DNA of 64,000 nucleotides from Acidobacteriota bacterium (GTDB lineage: Bacteria; Acidobacteriota; Thermoanaerobaculia; Multivoradales; UBA5704). The position numbers and the translations under genes are program-made. The notes beneath the pieces are model-generated. The model was not told where the DNA came from. It did no database searches and was given only the letters and a program-made list of their open reading frames with translations. Location of the stretch: the NCBI GenBank assembly GCA_040005235.1, contig JBDTZG010000007.1, positions 32,001 through 96,000 of the forward strand, written 5' to 3'. Shown in pieces: positions 26,336 to 37,390 of this stretch. The stretch's first letter is position 1; each line of letters opens with the position of its first letter.

Positions 26336-29020
26336 ATGAATTTCCGCCGCTCGATCCTCGCCGTTCTCGGCGTCGCTTTTCTCTTTCTCGCCGCCAGCAT
26401 TCCCGCGCGGGCGCTTGTCCCGTACCGCGTCGCCGACATCGATCCCACCTTCCGGAGCGTCGGATCGGACCCCAACCGCTTCGTGCGGGTCGGCGCCCGC
26501 TCGCTGTTCGTGGCCACCACGCCCGGCGTCGGCCTCTGGTCGAGCGACGGCACCGCGCCGGGCACGGTGCGTCTGGTGCGCAACCAGGTTTCGATCGAGC
26601 ACTTGGTCGCAACAGGAGACCTCGCCTTTTTCATCGCCTGCGACCCGACGCTCTGCCGCCTTTACTCCGCCGACGGCACGGTGGGCGGAACGCGAGCGAT
26701 CGCGTCGCCGTTCGTTTCGGCGTCGCCCGCCGCGGTCGCCGCCGGGCCGCGCCGAATTTATTTCGCCCGGCAGACCCCCGCCTTGGGCAGCGAGCTGTGG
26801 ACCAGCGACGGCACGCTCGCAGGCACCCGCCTGGTCAAGGATCTGGCGTCCGGCCCCGGCGGCTCCACGCCGAGCCGGCTGGTCTGGTTCCGCGGCCGCC
26901 TCTGGTTCTTCGCGCTCGATGGCCTCTGGACGAGCGACGGCACGGCCTCCGGCACGCGGCGAATCGCCACGGTCGGCAGCGCTTTCCAGGCCTCCTCGGC
27001 CGGCTCGCGGCTGCTGTTTTTCGCGGCGGCGGCGGGCAGCCCCCAGGCGCGTCTCTGGTCGAGCGACGGCACGGCCGCGGGGACGCGCGTTCTGGCGGGT
27101 GTCGCTCCGGTGGAGTCTGCCACGGTGCGGCCGTTCGGTTCGACCGCGACCGAAGCGTTTTTCTTCATCTCGCGGGAAGATCCGGCCGACGCCCGCCAGG
27201 AGCTGTGGGCGAGCGACGGGACGCCGGCCCGCACCCGCAAGCTCGCGAGGTTCGAGGCGGGCAACGCCGCAACGCCGTTTCTCGTCGTCGGTTCGCGGGT
27301 CGGATTCCTCGCTTACGACTCCGAGCACGGCCGGGAGCTTTGGGCGAGCGATGGCAAACCCGGCGGGACGCGCTCCCTCGACATCTGCCCGGGCAACTGC
27401 GATGGCGTGGAAAGACTCGGAGTTTCCGACGGCCTCCGGATCTGGTTTGCCGGCGACGACGGAGTTCACCGCTCCGAGCCCTGGATCAGCGACCTCACGC
27501 CGGCCGGGACCCGTCTGATCAAGGACATCGTCCCCCTCTCCACGTCGAACCCTGAAGGGTTTATTGCGGAGGGAGGCAAGGCGTATTTCATCGCGAGCGG
27601 CTTGGCGGAAGAGGCGCTCTGGACCAGCGACGGCACCGCCGCCGGTACGTTCCGGATCGTGCGCCCGGCCGAGGACGTGTTTTTCTCGCTCGGGCTCGGG
27701 ACGATCGTCGGTGGCCGGGTCTTCTTCCGGATGGACGACTCTGTGCACGGCGCCGAGCCGTGGGTCTCCGACGGCACCGCGGCGGGATCGGCGCTGGTCG
27801 CCGACCTCGACCCGAGCCAGGACGGCGGCTCGGCCCCGCACCAGTTGAGCGCCGGGGGCGCGCGTTGCTTCTTTTTCGCCAACGCAAAATTCGGCGAGCG
27901 CGAGACGGAACTCTGGTCGTCGGACGGCACGGCGGCGGGGACCGCTTTTCTGGAGCGATTCGAATTCGGCTTCGAGCTGATCGCCCAGGCCGACCTGGGA
28001 TCGCGCGTCGCGCTGGTCGAAGGCCGGGGCGGGGTCGAAATCTGGCTCAGCGACGGGACCGCGGACGGCACCTTTATCGCCCACGGCAATGATGTGTACC
28101 CGACCGGCAGGATTCGCGCGGTCGGCAGCCGGCTCTTCTTCGAAGCGTCGGACAGCGATCACGGCGATGAGCTGTGGACCACGGACGGCACCCCGGCGGG
28201 GACCCTGCGGCTCACCGACTTCACGAATCCCGAGCCGTTCACCGACACTTTCAACTTCCAACGCGCCGCCTTCCGAGTCCTGGGGGATCGCCTCGTGTTC
28301 CTCGCCGCCGACGCCTTCGGCCGCTTCGAGCCTTGGATCTCGGACGGCACGATCGGCGGCACCCGCCATCTCGGCGAGGTTTATCCCGCGATCGCCGCGC
28401 CGCTCGCCGAGCTGTCGAGCGAGATCGTGCCGGTCGGTAACCGCTACTTCTTCGTCTCGGGCGAAGAGACCACCGTCGACCCCGGCCTTTGGGTCACCGA
28501 CCTCACGGCGGCCGGAACGAAAAGAATCGGCGATCTGCGCGATCCGCAAGGTCGGTGGGTGGCCGAGGCAGGGCTCTTCGCGCTCGGCTCGCGGGCGATC
28601 CTTTTCTACCAGGGGCAATTCGACGACGTGGGCTTCGTGACGAGCGACGGCACCACGCTCACGCCAGGGGCCGGCGTCGGGCTCCCCTTCGGCGTTACGC
28701 CCGTCCTTTGGGGCAGCCGCCTCGTCTTTCGCGCAGAGGACGGTCTTTACGCCACCGATGGCACCCCCTCCGGAACCGTGCAGCTCCACGGAGCCAACGG
28801 CCAGGAGATCCGCGCCACCGCCTACGCCCTGATCGGCGGCCGGCTCGCCTACCTTGCCGCCGACGGCATCTGGGAGACCAACGGCACCCCGGCGGGCACG
28901 AAGCGGCTCCTCGCCCCGCGCGAAGGCCAGACTCTCGACTTCGTCCGCGCGGGCGATCGCATCTTCTTCCCCTGGTACGACAAGGCGACCGGGGTCGAGC
29001 TTTGGGCGCTGCGGCCTTAG
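26336..29020 (+). CDS. secreted ELWxxDGT repeat protein (paralog)
   Basis: Signal peptide; same repeat architecture; ends GVELW. Confidence 0.9.
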   Translation: MNFRRSILAVLGVAFLFLAASIPARALVPYRVADIDPTFRSVGSDPNRFVRVGARSLFVATTPGVGLWSSDGTAPGTVRLVRNQVSIEHLVATGDLAFFIACDPTLCRLYSADGTVGGTRAIASPFVSASPAAVAAGPRRIYFARQTPALGSELWTSDGTLAGTRLVKDLASGPGGSTPSRLVWFRGRLWFFALDGLWTSDGTASGTRRIATVGSAFQASSAGSRLLFFAAAAGSPQARLWSSDGTAAGTRVLAGVAPVESATVRPFGSTATEAFFFISREDPADARQELWASDGTPARTRKLARFEAGNAATPFLVVGSRVGFLAYDSEHGRELWASDGKPGGTRSLDICPGNCDGVERLGVSDGLRIWFAGDDGVHRSEPWISDLTPAGTRLIKDIVPLSTSNPEGFIAEGGKAYFIASGLAEEALWTSDGTAAGTFRIVRPAEDVFFSLGLGTIVGGRVFFRMDDSVHGAEPWVSDGTAAGSALVADLDPSQDGGSAPHQLSAGGARCFFFANAKFGERETELWSSDGTAAGTAFLERFEFGFELIAQADLGSRVALVEGRGGVEIWLSDGTADGTFIAHGNDVYPTGRIRAVGSRLFFEASDSDHGDELWTTDGTPAGTLRLTDFTNPEPFTDTFNFQRAAFRVLGDRLVFLAADAFGRFEPWISDGTIGGTRHLGEVYPAIAAPLAELSSEIVPVGNRYFFVSGEETTVDPGLWVTDLTAAGTKRIGDLRDPQGRWVAEAGLFALGSRAILFYQGQFDDVGFVTSDGTTLTPGAGVGLPFGVTPVLWGSRLVFRAEDGLYATDGTPSGTVQLHGANGQEIRATAYALIGGRLAYLAADGIWETNGTPAGTKRLLAPREGQTLDFVRAGDRIFFPWYDKATGVELWALRP

Positions 29021-29151
29021 GAAAGGATGGCCCGGAGACTTGGAAACTCGTCAGTCCCGCGCGGCGGCGGGCCGAATGTGCGACCGATTCTCGCGTCTAG
29101 ATCCTTAGAATAGGTCGCACCTCTCGCATTTCAACGGTTTGGAGGACGCCC

Positions 29152-31332
29152 ATGCCGCCGGTGTTCAAGAACATTTCCTGGAATTTGTCGGGCCTCATGG
29201 ATGCGATCTCTTCGGGCCACATCGGCTTGCCCGACCTGCAACGCCCCTTTGTCTGGCCGAACAAGAAGGCCCGGGATCTCTTCGACTCGATGTACCGCGG
29301 CTACCCGGTCGGCTACTTCCTGTTTTGGGAGAACGCCGGCTCGGGCGGACATGCCATCGGAGAAGGCTCCAAGCAGATGGCCGCCCAGCTCCTGGTGATC
29401 GACGGACAGCAGCGCTTGACGTCTCTTTACGCGGTGCTCCGCGGTCAGCCGGTCAAGCGGCAGGACTTCTCGGTCGAGAACATTCAAATCGCCTTCCGGC
29501 CGTTCGACGGCTCGTTCGAGGTGGCTGACGCCGCGATCCGCAAGGACGCCTCATGGATTCCCGACATCTCGGTGATCTGGAAGCCGGACACGGACCTGTT
29601 CGAGCTGGCGAGCGATTACCTGGAACGCCTCGCGGCGGTGCGGGAGGTCACGAACGAGGATCGGCGCGCGAGCCAGCAGGCGATCATGCGGGTGAGCCAA
29701 CTCGCGAACTTCCCGTTCACGGCCCTGGCGCTCGAAGGGGATCTCGACGAAGAGCAGGTGGCCGACGTCTTCGTTCGGATCAACAGCAAGGGGACGCCGC
29801 TCAATCAGGCAGACTTCATTCTGACGCTGATGTCGGTGTTCAAGGAGGCGCAGCGGGTGGAGCTGGAGACCTTCTGCCAATTCGCGCGGATTCCGGCGCA
29901 CGCGGGAGCCTCGCCGTTCAACCGCTTCCTCGAACCGGATCCCGATCACCTCCTCCGGGTGAGCGTCGGCCTCGGTTTCCGGCGCGCCCGCCTTTTGCAC
30001 GTCTATTCGATCCTGCGCGGCAAGGATTTGGAGACCGGAGTTTTCACGCCCGAGCGCCGGGACCGGCAGTTCGCCGTGCTGGACCAGGCGCAAGCCGCGA
30101 CGCTCAATCTCCAAAATTGGCACGACTTCTGGAGATGCCTGTTGCGGGCGGGCTTCCAGAGCGGCTCGATGGTCACCTCGAAGAACGCCATTCTGTACGC
30201 CTATACCTTCTTCCTCATCGGCAAGCGCGATTTCAAGGTCGATCATCATCGGCTGCGCAACACGATCGCTCGCTGGTTCTTCTTCGTTTCCTTGACCGGC
30301 CGATACACCGATTCGACCGAGACCAAGATGGAGCAGGATCTCGCCGATCTGCGCGACATTTCGACCGGAGAGCAGTTTGTCGCTCACCTCGAACGGGTGA
30401 TGACGTCGACGCTCACGCGCGACTACTGGAGCTTCACGCTGCCGACCGAGCTCACCTCCTCGTCGGCGCGAAGCCCGGCGCTGTCGGCATACCACGCGGC
30501 CCTCAACCTGCTCGACGCGCGGGCCTTGTTCTCGACGTTGCGCGTCCGGGACCTGCTCGACCCCGCGGCCCGGGGAAAGCGGGCGACGCTCGAACGGCAC
30601 CATCTCTTCCCCAAGGCTTACCTGCAGAAACTCGGCACCGATAGCCGCCGCGATACGAACCAGATCGCGAACTACGCTCTGATCGAGTGGCCGGACAACT
30701 CGGAGGTCGGCAAAAGGCCGCCACGGGAGTACTTCCCTCTCCTGATCGCCGGAAAGTCCGCCGAGGAGATCCAGCGGATGGCGTTCTGGCACGCGCTTCC
30801 CAAGGGTTGGGAAAAAATGGAGTACTCCCGGTTCCTCGAAGAACGCCGGAAGCTGATGGCCCAGGTGGTCCAGGCGGGCTTCGACAGCTTGGCCTCAGCA
30901 TCCCTGCAAGGGTTCGAGCCGGCGGCCGATATGCCGGCCGAAGCGGAAGGCACGGAAAGCTTGGCCGATCAGGCGTTGAGCCTGTTGGAACCTGAAGCGG
31001 CTGAATATTTTCAGGAGCTGCTCGCCGAGCCCCTGATCGCGCTGGAGCGCTTGCGCGCCGAGGTCCGCGGCTACGTGGCGAAGCTCGAAAGCCTGGCGGC
31101 GTACGAATCGGGCCTGGACATCGACCGCGCGCGGCGGATCGGCGACCGCTGTCTTCATCTACTCGAGACCCCGGGCCGAAGCGAAGACGAAATTCGGCTG
31201 GTACAGGCCGCGGTATCGCATTTCACCGTGGAGGACGACCTCGCCTCGGATCTCGGACCGAACGGTTTCCTGGACGACGAAGCCGCCGTGGCGGCGGTCG
31301 AGGCGGTCCTTCGGAGCCGGCGCGCGGCGTGA
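29152..31332 (+). CDS. DUF262 / GmrSD-like modification-dependent restriction protein with HNH-type domain and C-terminal extension
   Basis: QRPFVW, GYPVG, DGQQR, FVRINSKG; RHHLFPK...IANY...N. Confidence 0.85.
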   Translation: MPPVFKNISWNLSGLMDAISSGHIGLPDLQRPFVWPNKKARDLFDSMYRGYPVGYFLFWENAGSGGHAIGEGSKQMAAQLLVIDGQQRLTSLYAVLRGQPVKRQDFSVENIQIAFRPFDGSFEVADAAIRKDASWIPDISVIWKPDTDLFELASDYLERLAAVREVTNEDRRASQQAIMRVSQLANFPFTALALEGDLDEEQVADVFVRINSKGTPLNQADFILTLMSVFKEAQRVELETFCQFARIPAHAGASPFNRFLEPDPDHLLRVSVGLGFRRARLLHVYSILRGKDLETGVFTPERRDRQFAVLDQAQAATLNLQNWHDFWRCLLRAGFQSGSMVTSKNAILYAYTFFLIGKRDFKVDHHRLRNTIARWFFFVSLTGRYTDSTETKMEQDLADLRDISTGEQFVAHLERVMTSTLTRDYWSFTLPTELTSSSARSPALSAYHAALNLLDARALFSTLRVRDLLDPAARGKRATLERHHLFPKAYLQKLGTDSRRDTNQIANYALIEWPDNSEVGKRPPREYFPLLIAGKSAEEIQRMAFWHALPKGWEKMEYSRFLEERRKLMAQVVQAGFDSLASASLQGFEPAADMPAEAEGTESLADQALSLLEPEAAEYFQELLAEPLIALERLRAEVRGYVAKLESLAAYESGLDIDRARRIGDRCLHLLETPGRSEDEIRLVQAAVSHFTVEDDLASDLGPNGFLDDEAAVAAVEAVLRSRRAA

Positions 31333-31540
31333 CGGAGTGGCCACCGGCGCTACATGCACCGCGGCTTGGCAGATCCGCCGTATTGGGCTAACTGTCCTGT
31401 GTGCGACCGAGCTTCTCCAGCTGCTCGATGTCCGCTAGATCTTGGAGCCGCCCGGAAGCCCGCTTGTTCGTGATGATGTGGGCTCGCGTGGGGCTCCGCT
31501 ATCCGCGGCTGCGATTCGCTTTCGGCGTAGCCGAACACGA

Positions 31541-31900
31541 TTCCACGGCCGGGAGCCTCTTTCCGAGCCGGATAGCCCCGACCCAGCGTCGCGAGCCGAT
31601 TTCCGAGGCCGCGGCCTCCTATCGGCGTCTGCGATTCCGATTTCGGGACCGCCGCTCCTGTACGGGACCTACATTCCAATTCGGGGACCGCTGATCCAGT
31701 CCTGGGACCGCTGATCCGATTCCGGGACCGTAGATCCGATACCGGGACCGCTGATCCGATTCCGGGACCGTAGATCCGATCCCGGGACCGCTGATCCGAT
31801 CCCGGGACCGTAATTCCGATTCTGGGACGGATAGGTGCTATCCGGGGCGAATAGCCGCTATCCACGGCTTAAGGCGGCTATCCGAGAGCGGAAGCGGCTT
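31541..31900. repeat. 20-bp tandem array
   Basis: Core units (T/C)CCGGGACCG(CT/TA)GATCCGAT at 31681-31820; flanking degenerate units include GGGACGGATAG and ATAGCCGC. Confidence 0.9.
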
Positions 31901-32289
31901 TATGGGGGCAGGAAATCGCTCGGAATCACCACCTCGCAGGGTAGCGAGCGGAAATCGCGATCGAGGGTTAAGAGTGGGCAATTCTCGGCCGCGGCCAGTG
32001 CGTAAGCGAAACAATCGCCCAGGTTCAGCGGGTAGAGAAGCCGAGCTTCGGCGGCGATGCGCGCTTGCTCGACATCCGGAGCAATGAAGCGGATGCCGCT
32101 TGCGAGGAGGCGATCTTCGAGTTCGGGAGCCTGGTCTGGCTGCCGGTCGTGGAGGCGAATGAGGACTTCCGTCAGGTTGACCGTGCTCATGCGGAGCTCT
32201 CCGGCATGTTCGGCCAAGCGATCGGCAGCCCAAACCGCGAGCGGCTCTTCGAAGTAGATGGCGAGGAGGACGGATGAATCGACAACCAC
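31900..32289 (-). CDS. vapC: VapC/PIN toxin
   Basis: VVDSSVLLA, NLTEV, LNLGDCFAYALA, LLTLDRDF. Confidence 0.92.
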   Translation of the reverse strand: MVVDSSVLLAIYFEEPLAVWAADRLAEHAGELRMSTVNLTEVLIRLHDRQPDQAPELEDRLLASGIRFIAPDVEQARIAAEARLLYPLNLGDCFAYALAAAENCPLLTLDRDFRSLPCEVVIPSDFLPP

Positions 32290-32296
32290 GCTTTTC

Positions 32297-32539
32297 TCAA
32301 TCGCCCCAGAGATCGTCGTCCGAACGGAAGCGAGAATTTGGATTCAGTGGTGTCTTGCACGCGAGACCAATCCACGAGTGGAAATCGGTGACGGGGGCTC
32401 TGCTCTCGAGCGACCGCTCAAGGGTCTCCTCCACCGCGATCCGAACCGCTTCGGACTTGGTCTTAATCTGCCGGACCCGCATCAAACGCGACAGTCGATG
32501 CTCGAACTCCTGGGTCAAGTGGATGTTGAGCTGGCTCAT
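32297..32539 (-). CDS. RHH antitoxin (VapB-like)
   Basis: MSQLNIHLT...TKSEAVRIAV; TATACT 6 nt upstream of ATG. Confidence 0.8.
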   Translation of the reverse strand: MSQLNIHLTQEFEHRLSRLMRVRQIKTKSEAVRIAVEETLERSLESRAPVTDFHSWIGLACKTPLNPNSRFRSDDDLWGD

Positions 32540-32633
32540 GGCTGGAGTATAGCGCACTGTTATAGATCAGATACAGAACAGCAGGGCGGTAGCGCGCCGT
32601 AGCCTCGTCCTCCGCGCTATCCTCCCTCCACCC

Positions 32634-35600
32634 ATGCGCATCGACACCTTCGCCCCCCACCTCTCTGAAGCAGAAGCCGCAGAAATCATATTTTGGGTCT
32701 GGGGACTCTCCGGCACGCTTCGCCGCCTGCCCGGCGAGTATGACAACAATTTCCACCTGACCCGTTTCGACGGGTCGCAGCGGGTGCTCAAGGTGATGCA
32801 CCCGGAAAGGGAGGCATCGTTCGTCGATCTCCAGGCGGCGGCGCTTGCGCATGTCGCTCGGACGGCTCCGGATCTCGACATGCCGCGGGTGGTTCCCAAT
32901 TCCGCGGGAACCCCTTGGACGCAGGTGAAGATGGCGCGCAAGTCGCGGTTGGTCTGGATGCTCGGCTGGATACCCGGCCGGCCGTTGGCGGAGGTGGAGG
33001 TGCGGACTCCTGAATTGCTGAGCGGCGTCGGCCGGCTGCTTGGGCGGGTCGGGGTGGCGCTTTCTGAATTCGAGCATCCGGCGCTCGATCGGGAGCTGCG
33101 GTGGGACCTGGTGCGGGCGGGGTGGATTCGCGAACGGCTGGATGCGATCAAGTTTCCCGCGCACCGTGCGGTGGTCGAGCGGGCTCTCGCGCGTTTCGAC
33201 GCGGAGGCGGTCCCGGTGCTCGCGACCTTGCCGAAGGTCGCGATCCATGGGGATGCGAACGATTGGAATGTCCTCGTTCAAGGCGGGAGCGGCCGGGCGC
33301 CCGAGGCGGTGTCGCTGATCGACTTCGGCGACATGGTGCGCTCGCCGCGGATCTGTGATTTGGCGATCGGGGCGGCGTATGCCTTGTTTGGCGTGGACGA
33401 TCCGCTCGCCGCTCTGGAGCACGTGGTGGCGGGTTACGCACAGGTGGCGCCACTCACAGAGATAGAGGTCGAGATCCTAGCTCCGCTCGTGGCGATGCGG
33501 CTTGCGGTGTCGGTGACAAACGCCGCGATTCGTCGCTCGCTGGCTCCGCATGATCCGTATGTCTCGGTAAGCGCAGCGCCCGCTTGGGCGACGCTTGAAG
33601 CTCTGGATCGAATTCCTCCGCGCCTGGTGCGCGCGACGGTTCGCCATGCTTACGGGCTGGTCCCGCTGGCGATCCCCGCGATGAAAAGCCGCAAAAGGCA
33701 AGCGCCCGCGCCGATCCTCGCGCCGCGGCTGCTCGGTCGCCTGTCGAGGATTCGCCCGCTCGATCTTTCGGTGGGGAGTCTGATGCTCGGGGCCGATCCA
33801 CGAAATCTCGAACCCTCAGGGCTGCGCGCGCTGATCGAGCGCGAGCTTGGGCCGGGAGAGACTGCGGAGATCGGTCTAGGGAGCTACGGCGAGGCGCGCC
33901 TGCTCGATCCGCTGGGGCCGATTCCGCCCGAGCCGGGAATCGAGCCGGCGACGATTCAGCTGGGTGCGGAGCTTTACCTGCCCGCGGGGAGCGAGATCCG
34001 TTCGCCGTTCGCGGGAACGGTGGTCGAAGTTCTGGAGACGGAGGTAGGGGCGCGGGTGCTGATCCAACACCCAGCCCTCACCCTCTGGCTCGGTCTCGCT
34101 GCAAATTCCCTCCCCGCCGTCGGCACCGCCATCAAACGCGGCGCCTCGATCGGTCGAGTGGCGGGACCGGAAGAAAACGGCGGCTGGCCGCCGCACGTCC
34201 GGCTTCAGCTTCTTGCCGACGATCTCGGCCTCGGCGCGCGGTTCCCGACGGCGGCTCGGCCCAGCGAGCGCGCGGTCTGGCAGGCGCTGTCGCCCGACCC
34301 GACGGCGCTGCTCGGCATACCGGCCGATCGCCTTCCGGCGCCGCTTCCGACGTTCGACGAGATCCTCGCCGCCCGTCGCTCTCGGGTGGGGCGCAACCTC
34401 TCGTTGTCGTATCGCCGGCCGCTCGAAATCGTGCGCGGGTTTCGCCAACATCTGTTCGACGCGGACGGCCGCGCCTATCTGGACGTTTACAACAACGTCG
34501 CCCATGTGGGGCACCAGCACCCGCGGGTGGTCGAGGCGATCCAGGCACAGGCGGGGCTGCTCAACACCAACACCCGCTATCTGCATCCGAACCTGGTGCG
34601 CTACGCCGAGCGGCTGGCTCAAAAAATGCCGGCAAAAATGCCCGCACCGCTTTCGGTGGTTTACGTCGTCAACTCGGCGAGCGAAGCGAACGAGCTTGCA
34701 CTTCGGCTCGCACGGGCCGCAACAGGCGGGCGGGATCTGATCGTGCTCGAAGCGGCGTACCACGGCCACACCACGAGCCTGATCGACGCGAGCCCCTACA
34801 AGCACGACGGACCGGGGGGCGCGGGGGCGCCCGATTGGGTGCACACGGCCCCGATTCCGGACGACTACCGCGGCGCGTGGAAACGCGGCGACCGCCAAGC
34901 GGGACCGAACTTCGCGCGACCGGTCGAAGAGATCGCGACGCGGCTCGCGCGGGAGGGGAAGCGCGTGACCTTCCTCGCGGAATCTTGCCCCAGCGTCGGC
35001 GGACAGATCGTGCCGCCGCCGGGATATCTCGAAGCGGTCTACCGCGCGGTGCGAAGTCACGGCGGCGTGGTCATCGCGGACGAAGTGCAGACCGGGTTCG
35101 GACGTCTGGGCCACGCGTTCTGGGGTTTCGAGCTGCAAGGCGTGGTGCCCGACATCGTGGTGCTCGGCAAGCCGATCGGCAACGGCCACCCGCTGGGCGC
35201 CGTCGTTACGACCCCGGAGATCGCTGCCGCGTTCGACAACGGGATGGAGTTCTTCTCCACCTTCGGAGGCAACCCCGTCTCCTGCGCCGCCGGCCTTGCG
35301 GTGCTCGACGTGGTCGAAGAGGAAGGGCTCCAAGAAAACGCCCGCCGGGTGGGCGATCGCCTGCTCGCGGATCTCCGTGCGCTGACCGAAAAGCACGAGA
35401 TCGCAGGAGATGCCCGCGGCGCGGGGCTCTTCTTGGGGCTGGAGCTGGTCCGCGACCGCAAGACGCTCGAACCCGCCACGGAAGAAGCCGCCTATGCCGT
35501 CGACCGCCTCCGCGACCTTGGAATCCTCGCCGGTACCGACGGCCCGCACCACAATGTGATCAAGCTCCGTCCCGCGATGATCTTCGCCGAGGCGGATGCC

Positions 35601-35651
35601 GAGCGGCTGATTGCGGGGTTGGATCAGGTGTTGGGGGAGCTGAAAAACTGA
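32634..35651 (+). CDS. phosphotransferase + degenerate M23-like + class III PLP aminotransferase/phospho-lyase fusion
   Basis: IHGDANDWN and IDFGD kinase motifs; central NGGWPPH; [22 protein letters not shown]. Confidence 0.9.
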   Translation: MRIDTFAPHLSEAEAAEIIFWVWGLSGTLRRLPGEYDNNFHLTRFDGSQRVLKVMHPEREASFVDLQAAALAHVARTAPDLDMPRVVPNSAGTPWTQVKMARKSRLVWMLGWIPGRPLAEVEVRTPELLSGVGRLLGRVGVALSEFEHPALDRELRWDLVRAGWIRERLDAIKFPAHRAVVERALARFDAEAVPVLATLPKVAIHGDANDWNVLVQGGSGRAPEAVSLIDFGDMVRSPRICDLAIGAAYALFGVDDPLAALEHVVAGYAQVAPLTEIEVEILAPLVAMRLAVSVTNAAIRRSLAPHDPYVSVSAAPAWATLEALDRIPPRLVRATVRHAYGLVPLAIPAMKSRKRQAPAPILAPRLLGRLSRIRPLDLSVGSLMLGADPRNLEPSGLRALIERELGPGETAEIGLGSYGEARLLDPLGPIPPEPGIEPATIQLGAELYLPAGSEIRSPFAGTVVEVLETEVGARVLIQHPALTLWLGLAANSLPAVGTAIKRGASIGRVAGPEENGGWPPHVRLQLLADDLGLGARFPTAARPSERAVWQALSPDPTALLGIPADRLPAPLPTFDEILAARRSRVGRNLSLSYRRPLEIVRGFRQHLFDADGRAYLDVYNNVAHVGHQHPRVVEAIQAQAGLLNTNTRYLHPNLVRYAERLAQKMPAKMPAPLSVVYVVNSASEANELALRLARAATGGRDLIVLEAAYHGHTTSLIDASPYKHDGPGGAGAPDWVHTAPIPDDYRGAWKRGDRQAGPNFARPVEEIATRLAREGKRVTFLAESCPSVGGQIVPPPGYLEAVYRAVRSHGGVVIADEVQTGFGRLGHAFWGFELQGVVPDIVVLGKPIGNGHPLGAVVTTPEIAAAFDNGMEFFSTFGGNPVSCAAGLAVLDVVEEEGLQENARRVGDRLLADLRALTEKHEIAGDARGAGLFLGLELVRDRKTLEPATEEAAYAVDRLRDLGILAGTDGPHHNVIKLRPAMIFAEADAERLIAGLDQVLGELKN

Positions 35652-35686
35652 GGGGCCCGCCCATCGGTGCGCCCTCAAGCCTGGAC

Positions 35687-37273
35687 CTACCCCTTCGGTA
35701 CCGCCTGAAACTCCGCGCGGCCCCAGATCGTCGTGCCGTCGCTCAAGCCGCCGAGGGTGAAAGCCATCTTCTGGCCGACGTTCCTCACCTTGATCACGGT
35801 CTGGAAGCGGGCGAGCGTGCCCGCGGGGAGAGTCGCGGGAAGGTTCGCTTGGAGGCGCGAGCCGGCGAGCTCGGAGCGGCGACCTTCGGTGTCGAGGATT
35901 GCGACCGCGAGCGGCAGCTCAATCCTTTGCGGGCCGGGCGCTCTTCCTTCGAGCAGCAACTCGACCGGCACGCCGAGCGTCACGGGGATTTCGACCTCTT
36001 TGCGGTTCAGCCGCTTCGGCGCGCCGAGTAGCACGTATAGCCTTTGGCGAGTCGGATCTCCGCCGAGCAGGAGGACCCCTTCGGCGCGGGCCGCTGCGTC
36101 CCGGCTCGACGTACGGTCGAGGAACGAGCCGCGGGTGCGGACGGTAAGCCCCGGCCGGGTGACTTTGACTTCCACGTGGTGGCGAATCTCGTTGGCTTTC
36201 CAGGCCGGGCTGAAGCCGAGGAGATAGTAGGAGCTGGTGTCCTGCTCGACCGCGGGGAGGATTCGCAGATTCGCGGCGACCACGGCATGACCTCCGGTGG
36301 CGCGGCCGAGCTGGTCGAAGGCGGAGATTTCACTGGCGCTCGAATTCGCCAGGTCGACGGGATAGATCGTGTAGCCGTTCTGGTCCGCCGCCGCGAGCAG
36401 CGGCCCGAACAGATGTCCTGCCACCTGCATCGACCAGGCGCCCGAGAGCAGCAGCATCACTTTGCGGCCCGGCGGGGCCTCGAGCCCGCGAAGAGCGCCC
36501 GCGAGCGCTTCGGTCACTTTACCGATCTCCGTGCGCGCCTCGGGGCTGATGCGTTTCGACATCGTGTCGATCAGGTTGCGGGCGGAGTTGGCGCCCTGGG
36601 TCGAATCGCCATCGGCCAACGCCTCGCCGTTTTCCCGAATGAAGTCGGTATCTCCTTCCAGGCGCCGCTGATCGGCGATCAGCCGGTTGCCGACCGCGGG
36701 GCGCTGACGCGCCCGGTCGAGCGCGGCGGCGACCTGCTTCGGGTCGCCGGTCCACGGGCAGAGGACGTCGATCTTCTTGCCGTCGAACGCGAGGACCGAG
36801 ACGCGATCCGCCGGCCCCAGAGTCGAAAGATCGGTTGCCAGATGCGCGAGCACCACGTCGCGCACGTTGGCGAGGGCGAACACCTCGTCGATGTAGATCA
36901 GATAGTTGCGCGCCACCCGCTCCGGCTCCGGCGCGGCGACCGGAACTTTCGCCGTCGTCGCCGTCGCCGCCGTCGTCACCGCGGACGAGCTCGAAGGCTT
37001 CACCTCCGCGCCTTCGGCGATCTCGGAGAAATAATCGACACCCACCTTCTTGCCGTCGACGATCAGCTCGAAATCCCCGCGGCCGAGGTTTCGGACGCGC
37101 TTACCGGCGGCGTCGGTGATCACCGCTTCGACGTTCACCACCCTCACCTCGACCTCTTCGCCTTCGATCCGAGGAGGATCGTCTTTTTTCGTCGCGGCAA
37201 AGCCGGTACCGAGCGCGAGAACGCCGAACACGAGTCCACCGAGAATGAGACCGACCGCGGGACGTTGCAACAT
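35687..37273 (-). CDS. VWFA-related acidobacterial domain protein
   Basis: VRVVNVEAVITD, GRKVMLLLS, ATGG, YYLLGF, VRTRGSF; signal peptide. Confidence 0.8.
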   Translation of the reverse strand: MLQRPAVGLILGGLVFGVLALGTGFAATKKDDPPRIEGEEVEVRVVNVEAVITDAAGKRVRNLGRGDFELIVDGKKVGVDYFSEIAEGAEVKPSSSSAVTTAATATTAKVPVAAPEPERVARNYLIYIDEVFALANVRDVVLAHLATDLSTLGPADRVSVLAFDGKKIDVLCPWTGDPKQVAAALDRARQRPAVGNRLIADQRRLEGDTDFIRENGEALADGDSTQGANSARNLIDTMSKRISPEARTEIGKVTEALAGALRGLEAPPGRKVMLLLSGAWSMQVAGHLFGPLLAAADQNGYTIYPVDLANSSASEISAFDQLGRATGGHAVVAANLRILPAVEQDTSSYYLLGFSPAWKANEIRHHVEVKVTRPGLTVRTRGSFLDRTSSRDAAARAEGVLLLGGDPTRQRLYVLLGAPKRLNRKEVEIPVTLGVPVELLLEGRAPGPQRIELPLAVAILDTEGRRSELAGSRLQANLPATLPAGTLARFQTVIKVRNVGQKMAFTLGGLSDGTTIWGRAEFQAVPKG

Positions 37274-37390
37274 GGAGGGTTCCTTCCGTCGAAAAGCTAC
37301 GAATCGCGAGAGTATGCCGTTCGCGGGCGGCGCGCATCCGGGCAGGGACGAACGGCACCATTTCGTTCTCGCGTGCCTCTTGCACCAGGG

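Noticed and set aside
26222-28789. 855-aa antisense repeat ORF
   Set aside because: Mirror of the ELWxxDGT codons
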